DNA of 64,000 bases from an uncultured Actinomycetes bacterium (GTDB lineage: Bacteria > Actinomycetota > UBA4738 > HRBIN12), in assembly GCA_963704885.1 (NCBI GenBank), contig CAVPIB010000019.1:1-64000 (forward strand), given 5' to 3'. The notes below the pieces were generated by a model. The model had not been told where the DNA came from and searched no databases. It saw nothing but the letters and a program-made list of their open reading frames with translations. This document shows positions 47,215-58,473 of the stretch, piece by piece (the stretch's first letter is position 1; each line of letters opens with the position of its first letter). A program made the position numbers and the translations under genes.

Positions 47215-49866
47215 ATGCCGGACCAGGCCGCGCCAGAGATGTCGACCCAGTACGACCACGCCGAGGTCGAACCGCGCTGGGCCGAGGCCTGGGTGGAGCG
47301 CGGGTACTTCCGCGCTGAGGTGGATGCCACCCGCGAGCCGTACTGCATCGTGATCCCGCCGCCCAACGTCACGGGGCGACTCCACGTGGGACACGCGCTC
47401 GGACGCACGATCGAGGACACGCTGATCCGCCGGGCCCGCATGCAAGGCAAGGCGGTGCTCTGGCTCTTCGGCATGGACCACGCCGGCATCGCCACCCAGG
47501 TGGTCGTGGAGCGGGCTCTTCGCAAGGAAGGGATCGATCGCCGCGATCTGGGCCGAGAGGCATTCATCGAACGGGTCTGGGAGTGGAAGGAGCAGTACGG
47601 AGGCGAGATCGTCGGCCAGATCAAGCGGATGGGTGCTTCGTGTGATTGGTCCCGCGAGCGGTTCACCATGGACGAGGGGTTGTCGCGCGCGGTGCGCGAG
47701 GCGTTCGTGCGGTGGTACGAGGACGATCTGATCTACCGAGGCGAGCGGCTGGTCAACTGGTGCCCCACCGACCAGACCGGCCTGTCGGACTCCGAGGTCG
47801 AGCACCAGGACGTCGAGGGCGAGCTGGTCACGTTCAGCTATCCGCTCACCGATGGCTCGGGGCATGTCGACGTCGCCACGACACGGGTCGAGACCATGCT
47901 CGGAGACACGGGGATCGCGGTGCACCCGGGGGACGAGCGGTACCGCACGTTGGTCGGGTCGACGGTGCGCCATCCCTTCGACGGGCGAGACATCCCGATC
48001 GTCGCCGATGAGACCGTCGATCCGTCGTTCGGAACCGGGGCCGTCAAGGTGACGCCGGCGCACGACCCGAACGACTTCGAGATCGCACAACGCGCCGGGC
48101 TCCCGTTGATCAACATCTTCCGCGCGGATGCGACCGTGAACGAGAACGCCGCCGAGGAGTTCTACGGGCTCGGCCGATACGACGCGCGCCTGGCGGTCCG
48201 CGAGGCGTTGGAGAAGCTCGATCTCCTGGTGAAAGAGGAACGGCCCTACGTTCACTCGGTCGGGCACTGCTACCGGTGTCACAGTGAGATCGAGCCGTGG
48301 ATCTCCGGCTTGCAGTGGTTCGTGGCGGTCGACCGCCTGAAGGAGCCGGCCAAGCAGGCGGCCCTCGACGGCCGGGTGCGGTTCGCGCCCGAGCGTTGGC
48401 AGAAGGCGTTCGTCTCGTGGTTGGACAACCTCCGAGACTGGAACGTCTCTCGCCAGCTGTGGTGGGGGCATCGCATCCCGGCTTGGTATTGCACGGACGG
48501 CCACGTCACGGTGGCGAGGGAAGACCCCGACGCGTGCTCCACATGCGGTTCCGCGCAGATCGAGCAGGACCCCGACGTGTTGGACACATGGTTCTCGTCG
48601 CAGCTATGGCCGTTCTCAACGCTCGGATGGCCCGACGACACGGAGGACGTCCGGTTCTTCTACCCCAATAGCGTGCTGGTCACAGGCTACGAGATCCTCT
48701 ACCTCTGGGTGGCGCGGATGATCATGTCGGGACTCTCGCTGATGGGAGACGTCCCGTTCCGCGACACCGTGATCCACGGACTGGTGCGCGACGGACACGG
48801 GCGCAAGATGTCCAAGTCGTTAGGCAACGTGATCGACCCGATCGAGATGATCGATCTCTACGGTGCCGATGCCCTGAGGTTCTCGCTCGCCCGGTCGGCC
48901 ACGGGCGGCCAGCAGGACATCCCGCTTTCGGTCGAGGCGATCGAGGGTGGGCGCAACTTCGCGAACAAGATCTGGAACGCCTCGCGGCTGGTGCTCGGCG
49001 CTTTCTCCGGTGGCGAGCCGGCGCTTCCGCCGAAGGATCGCTTCACGCTCACCGATCGCTGGTTGCTCTCAAGGCACCAGGCCTGCCTGGTCGAGGTAGA
49101 TGCCCTTCTGGACCGGTACCAGTTCGCGGATGCGGCTCAAACGATCTATCGATTCTTGTGGTCTGAGTTCTGTGACTGGGGATTGGAGATGCAGAAGGGC
49201 CGGCTGGACGGCTCGGATCAGGACCGGGACGACGCGGCCCAGGTCTTGGCCTGGGTGCTGGAGCGGACGCTCAGGATCCTGCATCCCACCATGCCGTTCA
49301 TCACCGAAGAGATCTGGCAACGCTTCGGTCTGGGGGAGTCGATCGCCATCTCCTCGTGGCCGGCGCCCAGCCCCGAGAACGCCGACGTCGAGGCCGAGAC
49401 CTCGTTCGGGGTGGTGCAGGGGATCATCAGCGCGGTGCGGCAGTTCCGGTCGATTCACGGGATATCGCCGAAGGAGCGGTTCGAGGCGAGGGTGGGCGTT
49501 CTGCCCGGCGTCCGCGGCGCAGTCGAGGGGCTGTCGGAGCGTATCGAGAGACTCGCCGGCACCTCGCCCCTGCACGTCGTGGACGTGGCCGAGGGTAAGC
49601 GCGCGGGGTGGATCTCCCTGCCTATCGGTGAGGGGTTCGTCAACCTGCCGCCGGGGTTGTTCGACGCGCAGGCGGAGGTATCGCGATTGTCGAAACAGCT
49701 CGCCGAGATCAGCACCCAGCTCGCCCGAACGACCTCCAAGTTGGGAAACGCGGGTTTCCTGGCCAAGGCGGCTCCGGAGGTCGTGGCTCAGGAGCACGAG
49801 AAGCGAGCGAGGCTCACCGCGCAGCTCGGCGAGCTCGAGGCGGCGCTCTCCGAGCTGGAGGTTTAG
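47215..49866 (+). CDS. valS: valine--tRNA ligase
   Basis: PPPNVTGRLHVGH, DHAGIATQ, RQLWWGHRIP, KMSKS, C-terminal coiled coil. Confidence 0.97.
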   Translation: MPDQAAPEMSTQYDHAEVEPRWAEAWVERGYFRAEVDATREPYCIVIPPPNVTGRLHVGHALGRTIEDTLIRRARMQGKAVLWLFGMDHAGIATQVVVERALRKEGIDRRDLGREAFIERVWEWKEQYGGEIVGQIKRMGASCDWSRERFTMDEGLSRAVREAFVRWYEDDLIYRGERLVNWCPTDQTGLSDSEVEHQDVEGELVTFSYPLTDGSGHVDVATTRVETMLGDTGIAVHPGDERYRTLVGSTVRHPFDGRDIPIVADETVDPSFGTGAVKVTPAHDPNDFEIAQRAGLPLINIFRADATVNENAAEEFYGLGRYDARLAVREALEKLDLLVKEERPYVHSVGHCYRCHSEIEPWISGLQWFVAVDRLKEPAKQAALDGRVRFAPERWQKAFVSWLDNLRDWNVSRQLWWGHRIPAWYCTDGHVTVAREDPDACSTCGSAQIEQDPDVLDTWFSSQLWPFSTLGWPDDTEDVRFFYPNSVLVTGYEILYLWVARMIMSGLSLMGDVPFRDTVIHGLVRDGHGRKMSKSLGNVIDPIEMIDLYGADALRFSLARSATGGQQDIPLSVEAIEGGRNFANKIWNASRLVLGAFSGGEPALPPKDRFTLTDRWLLSRHQACLVEVDALLDRYQFADAAQTIYRFLWSEFCDWGLEMQKGRLDGSDQDRDDAAQVLAWVLERTLRILHPTMPFITEEIWQRFGLGESIAISSWPAPSPENADVEAETSFGVVQGIISAVRQFRSIHGISPKERFEARVGVLPGVRGAVEGLSERIERLAGTSPLHVVDVAEGKRAGWISLPIGEGFVNLPPGLFDAQAEVSRLSKQLAEISTQLARTTSKLGNAGFLAKAAPEVVAQEHEKRARLTAQLGELEAALSELEV

Positions 49867-49869
49867 GCC

Positions 49870-51156
49870 GTGAACTTCGGGGAGGCCCTGGCCGAGCTGG
49901 ACGGCCGGCGTGAAAGCCGCATGGTGCCCGACCTCTCACGGATCCTCGCGCTCGCCACGTTGCTCTCCGACCCGCAACTGACCTACCCCACGATCCATGT
50001 CTCGGGCACGAACGGGAAGGGAACCGCGGCGCGGATCGCGACCGAGTTGGCCTGCGCGCACGGTCTCACGACCGGCCTCTACACCTCGCCTCATCTGCTG
50101 AGCGTGTGCGAGCGCCTCTCCGTGTGCGGCGTCGACATCACCGAGGCGGAGTTCGCCGATGAATACGAGCACCTGCTGCCGTTCCTACTGATGGTCGACG
50201 CTCAGAGCGACGAACAGGTCACGTACTTCGAGGCTCTCACCGCGTTGGCGTACCTGTGGTTCGCCGACAAGCCGGTCGCCCTGGGCGTCTTCGAGGTCGG
50301 TATGGGTGGGACCTGGGACGCGACCAACCTGGTTTCCGGCAACGTGGCCGTCCTCACGCCGATCGCGCTCGATCATCCGGAGCTCGGCTCGACCGTCACG
50401 GAGGTCGCCACCGAGAAGGCTGGCATCATCAAGGAGGGCAACGTCGCCGTTTCGCGCGAACAGGACGACGAGGCGTTGCTGGTTATCGAGGCGAGGTGCG
50501 ACGAGGTCGGCGCGAAGCTCATGCTCGAGTATCGCGACTTCGAGATCGAGGAGCGCCTTCAAGCGCTCGGCGGCCAATCGCTTCGGGTTCGCGGGCTGCG
50601 CGCGACCTACGACGACATCTTCCTGCCCATGTTCGGCGAGCACGCCGCGCAGAACGCAGCGGCGGCCATAGCAGCGGTCGAGTCGCTGTTGGATCAGCCG
50701 CTCGACGAGGCCGCCACCCGCCAGGCGCTCGCCAACGTTCGGTGGCCGGGACGGATGGAGCTCGTCGGACGGCACCCTGCGATCCTCCTCGACGGGGCAC
50801 ACAACCCCGCCGCCGCCGAGGCGCTCGCGATAGCCCTCCGGGAGTCCTTCACCTGGGAGCGGCTCCACATGGTGATCGCGGTGTCGGGCGGCAAGGACCT
50901 GGACGGCATCGTTCGACCGCTGGCACCGCTAGCCGATATCGCCTATGCGGCAAGGAACGCGAGCGATCGGAGCGGCGAAGCGATCCAGATCGCCGGCCGG
51001 TTGAGCGCCGAAGGCAAACCTGTAGAGGCGTTCGGCTCGGTGGCAGAAGCGCTCGAAGCCGCGCGCGCTGCCGCCGCTGCCGACGACCTCATCCTGGTGA
51101 CGGGCTCTCTCTATACTGTCGCGGACGCGCGCCGGGCGCTGGGGGAGAACACCTGA
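49870..51156 (+). CDS. folC: dihydrofolate/folylpolyglutamate synthase
   Basis: GTNGKG, YTSPHL, EVGMGG.WDATN, DGAHNP, TGSLY. Confidence 0.95.
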   Translation: MNFGEALAELDGRRESRMVPDLSRILALATLLSDPQLTYPTIHVSGTNGKGTAARIATELACAHGLTTGLYTSPHLLSVCERLSVCGVDITEAEFADEYEHLLPFLLMVDAQSDEQVTYFEALTALAYLWFADKPVALGVFEVGMGGTWDATNLVSGNVAVLTPIALDHPELGSTVTEVATEKAGIIKEGNVAVSREQDDEALLVIEARCDEVGAKLMLEYRDFEIEERLQALGGQSLRVRGLRATYDDIFLPMFGEHAAQNAAAAIAAVESLLDQPLDEAATRQALANVRWPGRMELVGRHPAILLDGAHNPAAAEALAIALRESFTWERLHMVIAVSGGKDLDGIVRPLAPLADIAYAARNASDRSGEAIQIAGRLSAEGKPVEAFGSVAEALEAARAAAAADDLILVTGSLYTVADARRALGENT

Positions 51157-51158
51157 CG

Positions 51159-51569
51159 ATGGTCACCGAATCGACGCTCTTGATCGTGAAGCCCGACGGC
51201 GTTCGCCGCGGCTTGGTGGGTGAGGTGCTCCGCCGCGTCGAAGCCAAGGGCCTCTCCATCGAGTCGATGCGGCTGATGACGATCGACCGTGGGACGGCGG
51301 AGCGGCACTACGGCGAGCACGTCGACAAGCCGTTCTTCGGCGAGCTGGTCGACTTCATCACGAGCGGTCCGGTGGTCGTCGCCAAGATCACCGGCGAGCA
51401 AGCGATCACCGCGTGGCGAACGCTGATGGGGCCGACCGACCCGATCGAGGCGGCCCCGGGGTCCATCCGCGGGGACTTCGCGACCGTGATCGGCGAGAAC
51501 ATCGCGCACGGCAGCGACTCGCCGGCCTCGGCCGAGCGCGAGCTGGGCTTGTTCTTCCCTGAGGGTTGA
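51159..51569 (+). CDS. ndk: nucleoside diphosphate kinase
   Basis: [22 protein letters not shown]. Confidence 0.96.
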   Translation: MVTESTLLIVKPDGVRRGLVGEVLRRVEAKGLSIESMRLMTIDRGTAERHYGEHVDKPFFGELVDFITSGPVVVAKITGEQAITAWRTLMGPTDPIEAAPGSIRGDFATVIGENIAHGSDSPASAERELGLFFPEG

Positions 51570-53224
51570 CGAGCACCGTGCCCGGCCTCGCCGAGGCGTT
51601 CGATCGGATCGGCGCAGCGCTCGAGCAGCACCTCCCCGTGTCGCACGCGGCCGGTGCCGCGATCGCCGTCACCGACCGTCATGAGACGCTCGGCGTGGTG
51701 GTGCGCGGGTTCGCCGACGTCGCGAGCGGAGCACCCGTTCGGCCCGAGACCCGGTTCATGATCGGCTCGATCTCGAAGGGATTCGCGGCCATGATCGCCA
51801 TGCAGGAGGTGGAGGCGGGCAACCTCGACCTCCACGTCTCGGTGAACGAGCTGCTCCCTTGGTTGGAGCTGCCGGAGCCGTTCGGCCCGATCACCATGCA
51901 CCACCTGCTGACGCATACCGGCGGCCTGGCGACCGGGACGGAGGACGCGCCCACCGGCCTGGGAGCCGCCGTGCGCTTGCGCGATGTCCCTCCGACGTTC
52001 CCTCCGGGGGAGCGCTTCTGGTATTCGAACGACGGATACAAGCTGGTCGGGCTGGTGCTGGAGACGGTCACAGAGACCCGTATCCATAGATTGCTGCGTG
52101 AACGGATCTTGGGCCCGCTCGAGATGACAGGGACGGTGGCGGCGATCGTCGATGGCATCCGGACCGACCTGGCGACCGGCTACGAGCCGATGTTTACCGA
52201 CCGTCCCGCGCAGCTGCGCCACCCCCTCGTCCCGGCGATCTTCACCGTCTCCAACACTGCCGATGGCAGCATCGTCTCGAACGTCGTGGACATGGCGGCC
52301 TACGCGCGTGTGTTGCTGAACAGGGGTCGAGGTCCGCAGGGTGAGATCCTCTCCGAGGCGATGTTCACACGGCTGACATCACCTGTGGTCGAGCAACCGG
52401 AGGATCCGGGGACGTTCTACGCGTACGGCCTGGACATCGGCGAGGACGAACATGGTCCCTGGATAGGTCACGGCGGCGGCATGGTCGGCTACACGGGATA
52501 CCTCGCCGTCGAACCCAGCACAGGAGTCGGCATCGTGATCCTTCAGAACGGTGGAGGTTCCAAAGTCGGGATCGTCAGGACAGCGCTGGACGCCGTCCGC
52601 GCGTGCCTCCGCGGTGAGGCGCCGATCTCGTCCTGGTCTCCGCCGCCGGCGACGTCGATCCCCGACGCATCTGCGTTCACCGGCGACTACCGATCGGAGA
52701 AGGGCGATTCGCTCAGCGTTCGCGAGGAGGGTGACGGGCTCAGCGTGATGTTGGCGGAGGCCCGCGCCCGTCTAGAACGCGATCCGCTACAGGAACCTGG
52801 TGACACGTTCGTGGTGGTGCACGCGGAGCTCGAGCTGTTCGCGCTGCGGTTCGGTCGGGACGCGGAGGGCCGAGTGATGGAGGCCTTCCACGGGAACACG
52901 TGGTTCAGGGGTGATCGGTACACAGGCGACGAGCCGGCGCCTCCGCCGGAGGCGTGGCAGGCCTACAGCGGCCTGTACCGGAACGACGATCCATGGTGCC
53001 CGACGCTTCGGGTCGTCCTTCGCAAGGGCCGCCTGGCGCTGCAGTGGCCGGTGGAACTCTCGGATGAAGGGGGCGAAGTGGAGCTCCTGCCGCTCGGAGA
53101 CGGGTGGTTCGCGGTCGGCGAGGCGTGGCAGCCGCGCCGGGTCCGCTTCGACCGGATCGTGGAAGGCAGGGCCGTGATAGCCGAGTTCAACGGCGGCCGC
53201 TGGTATCGCTCGTTCGAAGACTAG
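51566..53224 (+). CDS. serine hydrolase (beta-lactamase family) with a C-terminal extension
   Basis: GSISK, LLTHTGG, YSN, HGGGMVG. Confidence 0.85.
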   Translation: MTSTVPGLAEAFDRIGAALEQHLPVSHAAGAAIAVTDRHETLGVVVRGFADVASGAPVRPETRFMIGSISKGFAAMIAMQEVEAGNLDLHVSVNELLPWLELPEPFGPITMHHLLTHTGGLATGTEDAPTGLGAAVRLRDVPPTFPPGERFWYSNDGYKLVGLVLETVTETRIHRLLRERILGPLEMTGTVAAIVDGIRTDLATGYEPMFTDRPAQLRHPLVPAIFTVSNTADGSIVSNVVDMAAYARVLLNRGRGPQGEILSEAMFTRLTSPVVEQPEDPGTFYAYGLDIGEDEHGPWIGHGGGMVGYTGYLAVEPSTGVGIVILQNGGGSKVGIVRTALDAVRACLRGEAPISSWSPPPATSIPDASAFTGDYRSEKGDSLSVREEGDGLSVMLAEARARLERDPLQEPGDTFVVVHAELELFALRFGRDAEGRVMEAFHGNTWFRGDRYTGDEPAPPPEAWQAYSGLYRNDDPWCPTLRVVLRKGRLALQWPVELSDEGGEVELLPLGDGWFAVGEAWQPRRVRFDRIVEGRAVIAEFNGGRWYRSFED

Positions 53225-53235
53225 TCTGAGTCAGA

Positions 53236-54060
53236 CTAGATTCGAGCGGGTGGCGTGAAGTAGACGGTTGGTGTTCCCCCTTCGGGGATCGCGAACAACC
53301 CACGATCGTCGCTCGAGAAAGCGAGCGACTCACCGGGTCCGGCGGGGGCGCGACATGGTGATCGGGACAACGTGGTCGCCACCCGATGATCGGAGCTCCA
53401 CGGGTAGATGTAGCCGCCGCCAGACTTGACGACGATGCCTTCCGGGCCCAGATCGGCGGCCGTGACCCTGTTCAACGGGAGCTGTGCGATGCGGCGGAGG
53501 ACCGCGGTATCGCCATCGCGCAGATGGTCGACGGGGGCCTTGAAGACCAGCGAGATCCCCTGGGCCTTGGTGAAGACGAACAGCTTCTTCCGGGATCCGT
53601 CGACGACCATGGCCTCAGCGTTTCGCGAGACGCCGTCGTGGTAGGTGAGCGTCAGTAGGCGAGCCCTGGCGGACGTAGCTGAGAGCTTGGGCTCCTTGAA
53701 CCAGTAGACGCGGATCGACGAGCGCACCGCAGCGTTGTCACCTATGTCGGCGAGCCACAGCCGGCGCCGGGTGAGTGCGATGTCCTCCCAGTCGCGGTTG
53801 TCTGCGTTCGCGATGTGCACCTGCGCACGCATCGCCCCTGAGCTGTCGATCGCGTAGATGGTCTCGGGATTGCCCGAATCCTCCTCGATCCACAGCACGG
53901 GATCCCTTCGACTGGCCACGACGCCGGAAACCTCGTTGATGCCGTCTATCGCCACGCTCCCGACGGAATCGACCGCGCCGTAGCCGAGGCAGGGCTCGAT
54001 GCCTCGGGCGCGAGCCGGCGTATCGGCGATAGCCAAGGCCGTCAGCAACGCGACGATCAT
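53236..54060 (-). CDS. secreted hypothetical protein, probable beta-propeller
   Basis: Signal-like N-terminus. EVSG, DSGN, DWEDIA, ADIGDN, NAEA, GESLAF motifs. Confidence 0.7.
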   Translation of the reverse strand: MIVALLTALAIADTPARARGIEPCLGYGAVDSVGSVAIDGINEVSGVVASRRDPVLWIEEDSGNPETIYAIDSSGAMRAQVHIANADNRDWEDIALTRRRLWLADIGDNAAVRSSIRVYWFKEPKLSATSARARLLTLTYHDGVSRNAEAMVVDGSRKKLFVFTKAQGISLVFKAPVDHLRDGDTAVLRRIAQLPLNRVTAADLGPEGIVVKSGGGYIYPWSSDHRVATTLSRSPCRAPAGPGESLAFSSDDRGLFAIPEGGTPTVYFTPPARI

Positions 54061-54102
54061 GCAGCCAGTCTTGATCGCTACCTCCTGGTGGTTCCCCGCC
54101 CC

Positions 54103-55341
54103 TCAGGCGGTCTTGCGGAACGCGACGCAGGTGTTGTGTCCACCGAAGCCGAACGAGTTGGATAGTGCGAGCGTCACGTCCAGCTCGCGCGCATGGTTCG
54201 GCGTGACGTCGAGCTCGATCTCGGGGTCGGGTTCCGTGTGGTGGATCGTCGGCGGGATGACCCCGTGCGCGATAGCTAGGGCGCACACCGCGCCCTCGAC
54301 CGCCCCGGCCGCCCCCATCTGATGTCCGGTCATCGACTTGGTGGATGAGACAGCCACGGTCCGGGCATGTTCGCCGAGAACGGCCGAGATCGCGGCGGAT
54401 TCGGACGCGTCGTTCAACGGCGTCGACGTCCCGTGCGCGTTGATGTAGGTGACCTCGCCGGGCTCGGCGCCCGCGTCTGCCAACGCCCACTTCATCGCGA
54501 GCGCCGCGCCCGAGCCCTTGGGGTCCGGAGCCGTGATGTGGAAGGCGTCGTCGCTGGCGCCGGCTCCGGCGACCTCGCAGTAGATCCGCGCGCCACGCGC
54601 CAAGGCATGCTCCTCGGTCTCCATGATCAACGCGCACGCGCCCTCCGACAGGACGAAGCCGTCGCGCTTGGCATCGAACGGCCGGGAGGCCGACTCGGGA
54701 TCCGGATTCTTCGTGAGCGCAGTCATCTGCGCGAACGCCGCCACGGTGAGCGGCATGGTGGCCGACTCAGAACCGCCGGCGATGCACAGGTCCAGCACGC
54801 CGTCCCGCAACAGTCTCATCGCCTCGAAGATGGCGTGGTTGCTGGACGAGCAAGCCGAGATCGTGGCGAAGTTCGCGCCGGTCAGGCCGAACACCATGGC
54901 GATATGTCCCGCAGGAGCGTTCGCCATGAGCATGGGAACCATGAACGGCGAGACGCGGCCGGGACCTCTGTTCAACAACACGTCGTACTGGGTGAGCAGG
55001 GTCTCGATGCCCCCGATACCGGTCCCGAAGATCACCCCACCGCGCTCGGAGACGACATCGGGATCGCCGGCGTCCTCCCAGGCTAGTTTGGCCGCGGCCA
55101 CGCCGAACTGCGTGAACCGATCCGTGCGGCGGGCTTGCTTCAGATCCAGGAAGTCGAGGGGGTCGAAGCCATCGACCTCGCCGGCTACGGTGACGGACAG
55201 ATCGTCGATCGGGAAGCGCGTTATCGTGCGGACCCCGTTGCGACCAGAGGTCATCCCCGTCCAGAAGTCGTCCAGACCGATGCCGACCGGTGTGACGGGG
55301 CCGATCCCGGTGATGACGATCTTGCTGCGGGGTTCGGTCAC
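54103..55341 (-). CDS. fabF: 3-oxoacyl-ACP synthase II
   Basis: SACSS, NAHGTST, KSMTGH, NSFGFGG. Confidence 0.95.
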   Translation of the reverse strand: MTEPRSKIVITGIGPVTPVGIGLDDFWTGMTSGRNGVRTITRFPIDDLSVTVAGEVDGFDPLDFLDLKQARRTDRFTQFGVAAAKLAWEDAGDPDVVSERGGVIFGTGIGGIETLLTQYDVLLNRGPGRVSPFMVPMLMANAPAGHIAMVFGLTGANFATISACSSSNHAIFEAMRLLRDGVLDLCIAGGSESATMPLTVAAFAQMTALTKNPDPESASRPFDAKRDGFVLSEGACALIMETEEHALARGARIYCEVAGAGASDDAFHITAPDPKGSGAALAMKWALADAGAEPGEVTYINAHGTSTPLNDASESAAISAVLGEHARTVAVSSTKSMTGHQMGAAGAVEGAVCALAIAHGVIPPTIHHTEPDPEIELDVTPNHARELDVTLALSNSFGFGGHNTCVAFRKTA

Positions 55342-55348
55342 GGGACTC

Positions 55349-55597
55349 CTAGGACATCCCCAGCTTGGACGCCACCATGTCGACGGCTTGGCCGACGGTC
55401 TTAACGCTCTCCATCTCGTCTTCGGGGATCTCGATGCTCCACTCTTCCTCGAGCGCGAGCACGGCCTCCACCAGGTCGAGCGAGTCGGCGTTCAGGTCCT
55501 CGGCGAACCGGGCATCAGGGACCACCTGTGCCTCGTCGACCGCCAGCTGCTCAGCGAGCACCTTCTTGACCCGCGCCTCGATCTCCGAACGATCCAT
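55349..55597 (-). CDS. acpP: acyl carrier protein
   Basis: DLNADSLDLVE, acidic, 82 aa. Confidence 0.96.
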   Translation of the reverse strand: MDRSEIEARVKKVLAEQLAVDEAQVVPDARFAEDLNADSLDLVEAVLALEEEWSIEIPEDEMESVKTVGQAVDMVASKLGMS

Positions 55598-55658
55598 CCA
55601 AGCCCTCCTTGGTTCCCGTTGTCGTCGCAGGAGACTAGTCTGCCGACCCCCGCCCCGA

Positions 55659-56396
55659 CTACGCCGATAGGCCGCCGTCCACAGGGATCACCGCGCCGTT
55701 CACGTAAGAAGCCTCGTCCGACAGCAGGAAGCGCACGACCGACGACACCTCCTGGTGCGTGGCGGTGCGGCCGACGGGGGTGCGATCCACGTAGTACGCA
55801 ACGGCGTCGTCGTTGAGGTGTGAGGTCATCTCGGTGTCTACGAGCCCCGGGCACACCGCGTTCACCGTGATCCCCCGCGCACCCACCTCGCGGGCGAGCG
55901 ACTTGGTGAGGCCGACCAGCGCCGTCTTGGAGGCGGCGTACACGGTCTGGCCGGCGTTGCCGCGGAGCGCCACGGCCGACGACATGTTCACGATGCGGCC
56001 GAACCTAGCTCGGAGCATGCCGCGGAGCGCCGCCTGGGTGCACAGGAAGGATCCCCGGACGTTGGTATCCATGACGCGGTCGTAGGTCTCCATGGAGTAC
56101 TTGATGAGCAGACCGTCCTGGGAGAACCCCGCGTTGTTGACCAGCCCGGTGACGGCGCCGAGCTCCTCCGATACCCGGCGGAACGCCTCTTGTACGCTCG
56201 ATCCGTCGGTGGTGTCCAGGAAGACGGCGAGCCCTGGTCTCCCCGCGGCTTCGAGCGCCTCGACGGTCTCCTTGGCGTCAGCCTCGTTCGATCTGTAGCC
56301 CACCGCGACGGTCCAGCCGCCCTCAGCCAGAGCGATGGCGCACGCCCGACCTAATCCGCGCGAGGCTCCGGTCACGACCGCCACGTGGCGCGTCAT
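55659..56396 (-). CDS. fabG: 3-oxoacyl-ACP reductase
   Basis: TGASRGLG, VNNAG, YAASK, VDGG. Confidence 0.93.
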   Translation of the reverse strand: MTRHVAVVTGASRGLGRACAIALAEGGWTVAVGYRSNEADAKETVEALEAAGRPGLAVFLDTTDGSSVQEAFRRVSEELGAVTGLVNNAGFSQDGLLIKYSMETYDRVMDTNVRGSFLCTQAALRGMLRARFGRIVNMSSAVALRGNAGQTVYAASKTALVGLTKSLAREVGARGITVNAVCPGLVDTEMTSHLNDDAVAYYVDRTPVGRTATHQEVSSVVRFLLSDEASYVNGAVIPVDGGLSA

Positions 56397-57391
56397 GCCG
56401 GCCCTCTCATGGTCCACCGCATGACGGTGGCTCCCCACGTGAGCCCCGCGCCGAACGATGTGAAGAGCACCAGGTCCCCCTCTTGGATCCGTCCGGCGCG
56501 CCAGGCGCGGTCCAAGGCGATCGGGATCGATGCCGCGCTGGTGTTCCCGACCTCGGCCACGTCGATCACGGCCTTCTCCTCGGGGATCTGGAGGCGGGAT
56601 GCCACGGCGGTCATGATGCGAGCGTTCGCCTGGTGGGGGATCAGCACGTCCACGTCCTCGGGGGTGTGGCCGTTCTTCTCAAGGACCTCCTGGCACGCCG
56701 CCGCCATCTCGGTGACGGCCCGCTTGAACACCTCACGGCCGTTGGGCATGAAGATGCGATGACGGCTGGCGGCGAGGGTCTCGGCGGAGGCAGGCTCGCG
56801 GGATCCCCCGCCCGGCATGATCAAGATCTCTGCTGCGCTCCCGTCGGCTCCCAGGATCGTCTCTTCGATCCCGGGCTCGTCACAGGCCCGCAGGATGGCC
56901 GCGCCGGCGCCGTCCCCGAAGAGCACGCACGTGCTGCGATCCGTGAAGTCCAGGATCTTGCTGAAGGCCTCTGCCCCGAGCAGCAGGATCGTATCGGCCA
57001 TGCCCGCCACGATCATGGAGGTCCCCGTTGCGAGCGCATACGAGAACCCAGCGCACGCTGCATTCACGTCGAAGGCCGGACACGACAGGCCGAGCTTCTG
57101 CTGCACCCATACGGCTGTGGCGGGGAACGGGGTGTCCCCCGTGACGCTGGCGCACACGATCAGGTCGATCTGTTCCGCCGGGATGCCTGCGGTCCGCAGG
57201 GCCATCTCGGTCGCCTTGACCGCCAGGTCCGACGTCAGCACACCATCGTCCACGAAATGACGCGCCTCGATCCCGGTCCTTTCGCGGATCCACTCGTCGG
57301 TGGTCTCGATGCGCGATTCGAACCACTCGTTGGAGACCAGGCGTGGTGGCAGGAAAGAGCCCACGCCAGCGATCGTCGCGTATCGGGTCAC
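56393..57391 (-). CDS. fabH: 3-oxoacyl-ACP synthase III
   Basis: AACAGF, LFGDGAGA, PHQAN, GNTSAAS, FGAGLTWG. Confidence 0.96.
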   Translation of the reverse strand: MTRYATIAGVGSFLPPRLVSNEWFESRIETTDEWIRERTGIEARHFVDDGVLTSDLAVKATEMALRTAGIPAEQIDLIVCASVTGDTPFPATAVWVQQKLGLSCPAFDVNAACAGFSYALATGTSMIVAGMADTILLLGAEAFSKILDFTDRSTCVLFGDGAGAAILRACDEPGIEETILGADGSAAEILIMPGGGSREPASAETLAASRHRIFMPNGREVFKRAVTEMAAACQEVLEKNGHTPEDVDVLIPHQANARIMTAVASRLQIPEEKAVIDVAEVGNTSAASIPIALDRAWRAGRIQEGDLVLFTSFGAGLTWGATVMRWTMRGPA

Positions 57392-57433
57392 GCCCGAGGA
57401 TATCGCCCCCGCCGCGTACAGGCGACCGGCTCC

Positions 57434-58363
57434 TCATCGCTCCGAGAAGAGGGCTCCGACCGCCTCTGGCGAGCCGATCGCCACCGCGCGCGCTTGGGGC
57501 ACCACCCGCTTGGCGAGCTTCGTCAGCACGTCTCCCGGACCGGCCTCGACGAAAGTGGCTGCGCCGGCGGCGGCCAACGTACGCGCGCACCCCATCCATC
57601 GCACCGGCGAAACCACCTGTCGGCCGAGCAGGTCGCGCAGCTCTGCGGGATCCGCTACCAGCAACCCCACGACGTTCTCGGCGATCGGGAACGTCGGGCC
57701 GCGGAACCCGATCTTGGACAACCCCTCCACGATCGGCGCGACGGCCGGCTCCATCAGCGGTGAGTGGAACGCGCCGGCGACCTTCAGTCGAACAGCGCGG
57801 ATCTTCCGCTCGGCTGCCAGAGACGAGGCCCGTTCGACCGCGGCAATCGATCCAGATATCACTACCTGAGCCGGCGAGTTCTCGTTGGCCACGACCAAGA
57901 CGTCGTCCTCGCGCGCGTCATCGCACAAGGCGATCGCTTGCTCCACGCCCACACCGAGCAGCGCCGCCATCGTCCCGGGGCGCTCCTGCCCGGCGCGCTG
58001 CATCGCGCGACCGCGGACCACCACCACCCTGAGCGCGTCGGCCAGTTCCAGGACGTCCGCCGCCACCAGCGCGGCGAACTCGCCTAGCGAATGCCCCGCG
58101 GCGCCCATGAACGTGGCGCCCTCGGCCCTCAGGACGCGGAACGCGGCCACCCCGCAGGCGAGCAGCGCCGGCTGGACGAACTCCGTCGTCGCCAGGAGCT
58201 CCTCGTCGTGACAACCCGCCACGACGTCTCGTCCCATCGCGTCAGAGGCCTCATCCAGCACCGCTCGCCCGACTGGATGCAGCATCCAAGGATCGGCCAT
58301 GCCTGCGAACTGTGAACCCTGCCCCGGGAAGACGACCGCGTATGCCTTTGAGGTGTTGTCCAT
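57434..58363 (-). CDS. fabD: malonyl-CoA:ACP transacylase
   Basis: FPGQGSQ, GHSLGE, GAFHS. Confidence 0.95.
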   Translation of the reverse strand: MDNTSKAYAVVFPGQGSQFAGMADPWMLHPVGRAVLDEASDAMGRDVVAGCHDEELLATTEFVQPALLACGVAAFRVLRAEGATFMGAAGHSLGEFAALVAADVLELADALRVVVVRGRAMQRAGQERPGTMAALLGVGVEQAIALCDDAREDDVLVVANENSPAQVVISGSIAAVERASSLAAERKIRAVRLKVAGAFHSPLMEPAVAPIVEGLSKIGFRGPTFPIAENVVGLLVADPAELRDLLGRQVVSPVRWMGCARTLAAAGAATFVEAGPGDVLTKLAKRVVPQARAVAIGSPEAVGALFSER

Positions 58364-58473
58364 CCACACAGGTTGCCACGACGGGGGCGGTCCTGTTGAA
58401 TGACGGGGAGCCCATGGCCGATGGTCTCCAACGATCCTCTTCCTCCACGTCCCGGCATCAAGGGACGGAGGGG

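Noticed and set aside
54103-58363. Type II polyketide cluster
   Set aside because: A single KS with an intact FabF Cys-His-His triad, and no chain-length factor or cyclases. This is ordinary fatty acid synthesis.
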